Shown in pieces: positions 59,401-64,000 of a stretch of DNA of 64,000 nucleotides (positions are counted from its first letter, which is position 1; the number at the start of each line of letters is the position of its first letter). Origin of the DNA: Yuukianura sp. NJ FZ-2021 (lineage: Eukaryota); the NCBI GenBank assembly GCA_046563655.1, contig CM102286.1, positions 8,308,001 through 8,372,000 of the forward strand, read 5' to 3'. Below the pieces are notes generated by a model. That model saw only the letters and a list, made by a program, of their open reading frames with translations. It was not told the origin of the DNA and ran no database searches. The position numbers and the translations under genes are program-made.

Positions 59401-62400
59401 TTCCGTCCTTGCTCTCCTTTTTCAAAAAGCGTAGAAGCTGAGAAAGTGCTTGGAGTGCTGCAACTAAGAGAGACTTTTTGTTCTAATTAGATTTGTTCCA
59501 TTTTGGAGTCTAATCTTTCAATGGGCTTCAGTTAGTGAAAGTCCTACTTTCAGATATTGTGTTAGGTTGTATGAGTACTTCGTGTAATGAGAGGAAAGGA
59601 ATCCGCTTTTAGGTTTTAGTATTTTCTTGGAAAAAGATATAGAAAGGACAGGCATTTTAGTTTAACTTTTGCAAAAGATCCTCGATACACTGGGAAATAC
59701 ACGAATAAATGGAAATAGTCGAGTGGGAATAGGAATTTAGACTTTCAGTTGTACAATTCCTTTCTGCAGATCCTACTGTACTCCAAAATAAGCTTTTAGA
59801 CAAAACTCATCTTTCTTCCTTTGCTTTCTATTTTTGCCCCAGGACGAAGTAACTATGCGTCTGTCTTCGTGTAATCGAAAGGCCTAAATACTACTGAGCA
59901 GCTTCCAGAAGCTTTCTTCTTTCATCCCTAGAAGCAAAATGAAAAGCTCCAACGAAAGCCTAATGTGACGCTTCCCTCTAAAGTAGGTTTTTAAACCAAA
60001 AGCTTCCGGCCACATCGTCTTTTGGTAGGAAGAATTGATCCAAAGTAAGACCACCGTCACAGTCACAGTAGTCTTCGTCAGCTTAATTCCGTCCTACTTT
60101 GCACCAAAGTAACCAACTTATTGTCTTTTCTATCTTCTGAATTTAGCACATTCCATTTCCACGACTTCTTTCACCTGACTTTCTATTCTTGGCGTTTGAT
60201 GACTCCAAGGAATGAATTAAACTGGAAAGTTTTCACAACTTTCGCTTTCTGTACCAATGGAATGCCTAAGCCTTCCTGGAGGGGATTGAAATACTGGACT
60301 AATTACGGTTCTCCATGGAACTTTAAAATTAGGAAATTTTGAACAAAGCCTTTGGAGTCCAGTGAAACTTTTTTTTTTTTTTTTGCAAACTAGAGCACTT
60401 CTTGACTTTTGAAATTTTCCCGGGGGATCGAGCGCGACATTAAGAATTCAGTTGCCGTTGCGGGAAAATTCGTGGTTCGATTTTATCTTTGAGTTTGGTG
60501 AAGAAGTGTCTCCCATTTGTAATAAGTATCATTTCATAAACCAATTCGTAATTTTCAAAATTCTAGAAACTTTCTTTGAAAAATTTTGGCCGTGACAAAT
60601 TGGGTTTCAGGCACGTTGATAAAAAGTTTCTGCAATTTTAATGCAGAATGCTAGCTTTTGAGTTACTACTTTTTACGCTAGTTTAACAAATAACTCCTGG
60701 CAACAAATTCAAAAATTAGTATTACTGTTTGAAAAAAATAAAAATCCGGATCAGTTTAAAAAATCTCCTTTGTTTGCTAATCCAAAAATAAAAACTCAAA
60801 AGGCAGCCGATTTTTAAAACATATTCTAGCCCCTGGTTCAAAAAAGTACTTTTTGCATGAAAGCAAATCCTTTTTGTTTCCCTTACTCAGCATATCATCT
60901 GGCAGTTTTCACAGGACTGTCACTACGTTAAAACCCTGCTTCAGCAGCATATTTTAGCATCTTAATATGAGAACATGGATATTGAATATCATCATCCACT
61001 GCATCACCACAAACTACACCAAGTGTCTGTAAGTTTTATTTCACCCAGTACAAAGTACTCCCGAGCCCTTTGAAGAATACGCTTTCCCTTAATAGAAACA
61101 ACAATTTGAATTTTTATTAAATTTCCCTAATAAGGCTACCCTAACGGCTCTTTCCGCACTTATTGCTCCATTTCCCATTTCAAAATTCCAGCCCAAAGCA
61201 TATACTGAGTGCCCCTGGAAATTGGGAAAAAGGAAACCCTGCATTTGCTCATATTGATGCTTTCATCTTCCTTTCCTTGAGAAAGTGTAAGTGTAAGACG
61301 CGAAGAGTAGCTGAAAAGGCCCTATTTCACTTTCCAAGGTTCCTTTGTAGCCATAAATCATATTCCGTGCATTATTTGCTTCTGCCTTAATAGTTTTCTT
61401 CCACATCCCTTCAGTTCCAGGGTAAGGTATGCCCTTAATACATTTTTAAAAGTAAGGCAACATGAAAAATGGCTTCATATCCATTCACTCCTATGGGAAG
61501 ATTGTCTGGGAAGGCGACAAGGTGCATCTCTTCGGATTTGTCACATACACTTATATCCACTTCTGTGTGATAAGTATTTGTTCATGTGTGTAATGGGGAT
61601 CAGAGCTAACAGATTTCTGTTTTATTCAATTTAAAAAACCACCAAAAAGTATTTCCAGTTTCACACTCCATTGACTCGAAATTTAAAATTGAATATTCAA
61701 AATGGAATTCCTTCAATTTCAACTACAAAAATTACATTTTGGGGTTTTTCCTTAGAAGTTTTGAATCTGAAATTAGAACGTAGTTGACATTATCCTTTCC
61801 GCCAAAATGAAATTAAGCAAAAGTTGCTCAAGAAAGTCGCTTTTAAGCGCAGCGGCAGCTTTTGTCTCAAATTTTTCAAACTTTGATAAAAATCTGACAG
61901 ACTTTTCCTATAGTATATTGACAGAACCTTCAAAGGATGATTGATCTAAAGGCTTTAAGTTTTTGACTTTTGGCTTCTGAACTTTCACTTACCGTTAGCG
62001 TCAGTTTCTTGGCGGCATATTTGTTTCTATGCCTCCCTCCAGGTTTGAGTGCCGTATTCCCAAAGACCCAGTAGGACTTGTCCGGTGGTGGATTGGCACA
62101 CATTTCTACGGAAAGTGACAAGGGCTGTCCAGTGTAGCCCATTATGGTACGATTCGTAGGGTAGACAACAGGGCGACCTGGAAATCATAAATTAACGCCG
62201 ACAGTTTTATGTCAGAGGCATAATAGGATCAGGCTCACAACTCTACAAATGAACTCGGTTGGAAAGTTTATGACAAATGCTTCCCCCATCGTTTATTTTC
62301 CCAAGTGCTAATGACTTTGTTGAGTAGAATTTTAATGCCCTTAAAATAGACGTTCCCTCTTCAAAGTCAAAAATAAGCTCCCCAGCAACCTCGTTCTGTC

Positions 62401-63947
62401 ATTTCAAAAGGATGAATTCCTTTTCTATTTTCCCAGGAGACATGCATTTGGACTTGGAATAGGAGCCTGTTTTCGACATGTTAGGTTAGGTTCTGAAGAA
62501 AAGTGTCCGGATGTAGCAAGTCAGTTCGTTAGACATGTAAAGTTTGACCTCGAAACGAACAACGTTTCGGTCAAGAACAAAGTTTGGTAGTAAAGGCGTA
62601 GGGACACCTCGAGGCGTCGTGTACTGCTCTAATGAAAATTAACTACAACTACATAGGTCTATCTTGCTCCTTTGTAATAATCAACTTTCTTCGTAAAATT
62701 ACTTTTACTTTCTGCGCTCTTGCGAGACCTATGGGAGCTTTAGGCCGTGTAGTGTTAGTAGCCCATTTCTGTTCCTCTATCTTTATGGCCTCTTAACACT
62801 AACTTTCTCCCTCACTCACTGTGGAAGGCCTTCAAAATGATTTTTGACAAAGGAGCAAGAGAGGAGCTCCAACTCACTTCAAACTTCCCTCGTTCCCGCC
62901 TTATCTTGTGCGTTTAGAAAGCGTTACAGGCCCGTTTCGTTGGGAGGTTATAAAGAAGAGCTCAATCTCAATCCTATTTGCTAAAAAGTCTTATTACGCT
63001 TCAAGTTGAAAGGTTCTAGCGACTTCCCTTTCTGTTCCTTAGTTGAACTTTGACACGCTAGGGAATGATGTGAATGTGTGAAAAGAAAAGTGAAAAGCGA
63101 CTTTCACTTCTCGACTCCTCGGGAGGCTACGACCTTAACTGAGGAACGTAAAATCCAGTTGACATGATTAAAGGGAAATCCATTAAATTTAATTGACATC
63201 CCCCTGGAAAGTGCCAAAAACCTCCTCGGAACGGAACTCCGAGGGCGGGCACTCCTATATTTGGCATGTTCCACTACAACTTAAATGGATCAGCTCAGTA
63301 GATGAAAGCTGAATGTCCATGATTTCAAACTTACTCTGTCACTTGTCTATAAAAACGAAAAGAAAAGGAGCAGTACGAGAACAAAGACTGGCGTGAACTG
63401 AGAAAAAGACACAAAAAAAGTTGGGCTTATGGGCTTATGATTCAAAAATTGGTCATTTGAGCATAAACTGTTTCTTTCTGATAATTTCTGGTTTTTGAAG
63501 TTTTCTGAAACCTCCTTGCATAAACGGCTTTTAAAAAAACTTTAAACCTAAACTAAATTTTTTGTGAATATAGGAATTTCCGGGTTTTGATCACGTTGGA
63601 GATGCATAATTCAGGAACCTGGCAGTGGTCTAACGAGATTCAGATTCAAGTTGTCAAAATAAGTTGTGGATTGAAATGGAAGTTGCGTAAGTGGAATGTG
63701 ACGTGGACTTAAGTGGATATCAGAAGAAGGTGGGTACAAAGGGGCATGTCACCTGTCACGACTACTTGGACATCACGGGTCTGAGCTCTTCGTTCCTCCA
63801 GTCCCAATCGATTCTGTGCAACGCAACGGTAGGATCCAGCCTCTTGATATAAAATATTCTCCAGAATCAATTCTTGACCTGAACCCACAGCGGTCAATGA
63901 ACCACCAAACCCGATCCGACTCCAACAAAGACCCGGGGACGGACGAC
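53483..63947 (-). CDS. 3' part of an immunoglobulin-superfamily cell-surface protein (fasciclin-3/irreC-rst-like); continues beyond the window
   Basis: Phase-compatible exons 63947-63753 (GRPSPGLCW...LILENILYQEAGSYRCVAQN), 62177-61993 (RPVVYP...VEMCANPPPDKSYWVFG), 53812-53483 (CYLAVLSIQNLSSEDGGEYMFVARNSKG, Ser/Thr-rich spacer, C-terminal hydrophobic segment: TM or GPI signal). Confidence 0.85.
55884..56024. mobile_element. 141-bp MITE with ~60-bp TIRs and TA flanks (Tc1/mariner-type targeting)
   Basis: CCAATGAGGATACTAAAGAACGAGAGTAAGTTTGAGTTTTTCT(C/A)CACCCGCCAGTTTTTT and its reverse complement surround a ~20-nt loop; TA at 55882-55883 and 56025-56026. Confidence 0.75.
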
Positions 63948-64000
63948 CTGAAAATTGAAATTAAAATAACGAGTTCATTTTCTAAATAAAAACTGAACAA

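Overview
AT-rich, intron-rich eukaryotic DNA, very probably arthropod (GT-AG introns, TTAGG-type repeats, arthropod-like proteins). Host genes: a large multi-exon PHLDB/LL5-family gene (FHA + coiled coil + PH; + strand, ~5.6-40.5 kb), a 5-exon trypsin-type serine protease (- strand, 48.3-50.7 kb) and the 3' exons of an Ig-superfamily (fasciclin-3-like) gene (- strand, 53.5-63.9 kb). Three accessory features stand out. (1) A microbial-type class I terpene synthase gene (DDxxD, R-x-x-D-x-G, NSE-like and RY motifs) with its own spliceosomal intron and a 1-nt frameshift sits antisense inside a PHLDB intron, a candidate horizontally acquired gene. (2) A 5.05-kb Polinton/Maverick-like deletion derivative (AGTAGTT...AACTACT ends, ~325-bp TIRs, adenain-like protease fragment) lies just after the PHLDB stop codon. 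It has an atypical 4-bp TSD, several spliced genes, an internal 2.5x tandem amplification and a (TTAGG)n/(CCTAA)n telomere-fusion-like filler at a deletion breakpoint. (3) A TTAA-targeting 573-bp non-autonomous transposon occurs once alone and once as a head-to-head pair forming a 1,158-bp palindrome. All gene models were built by eye; no database searches were run.
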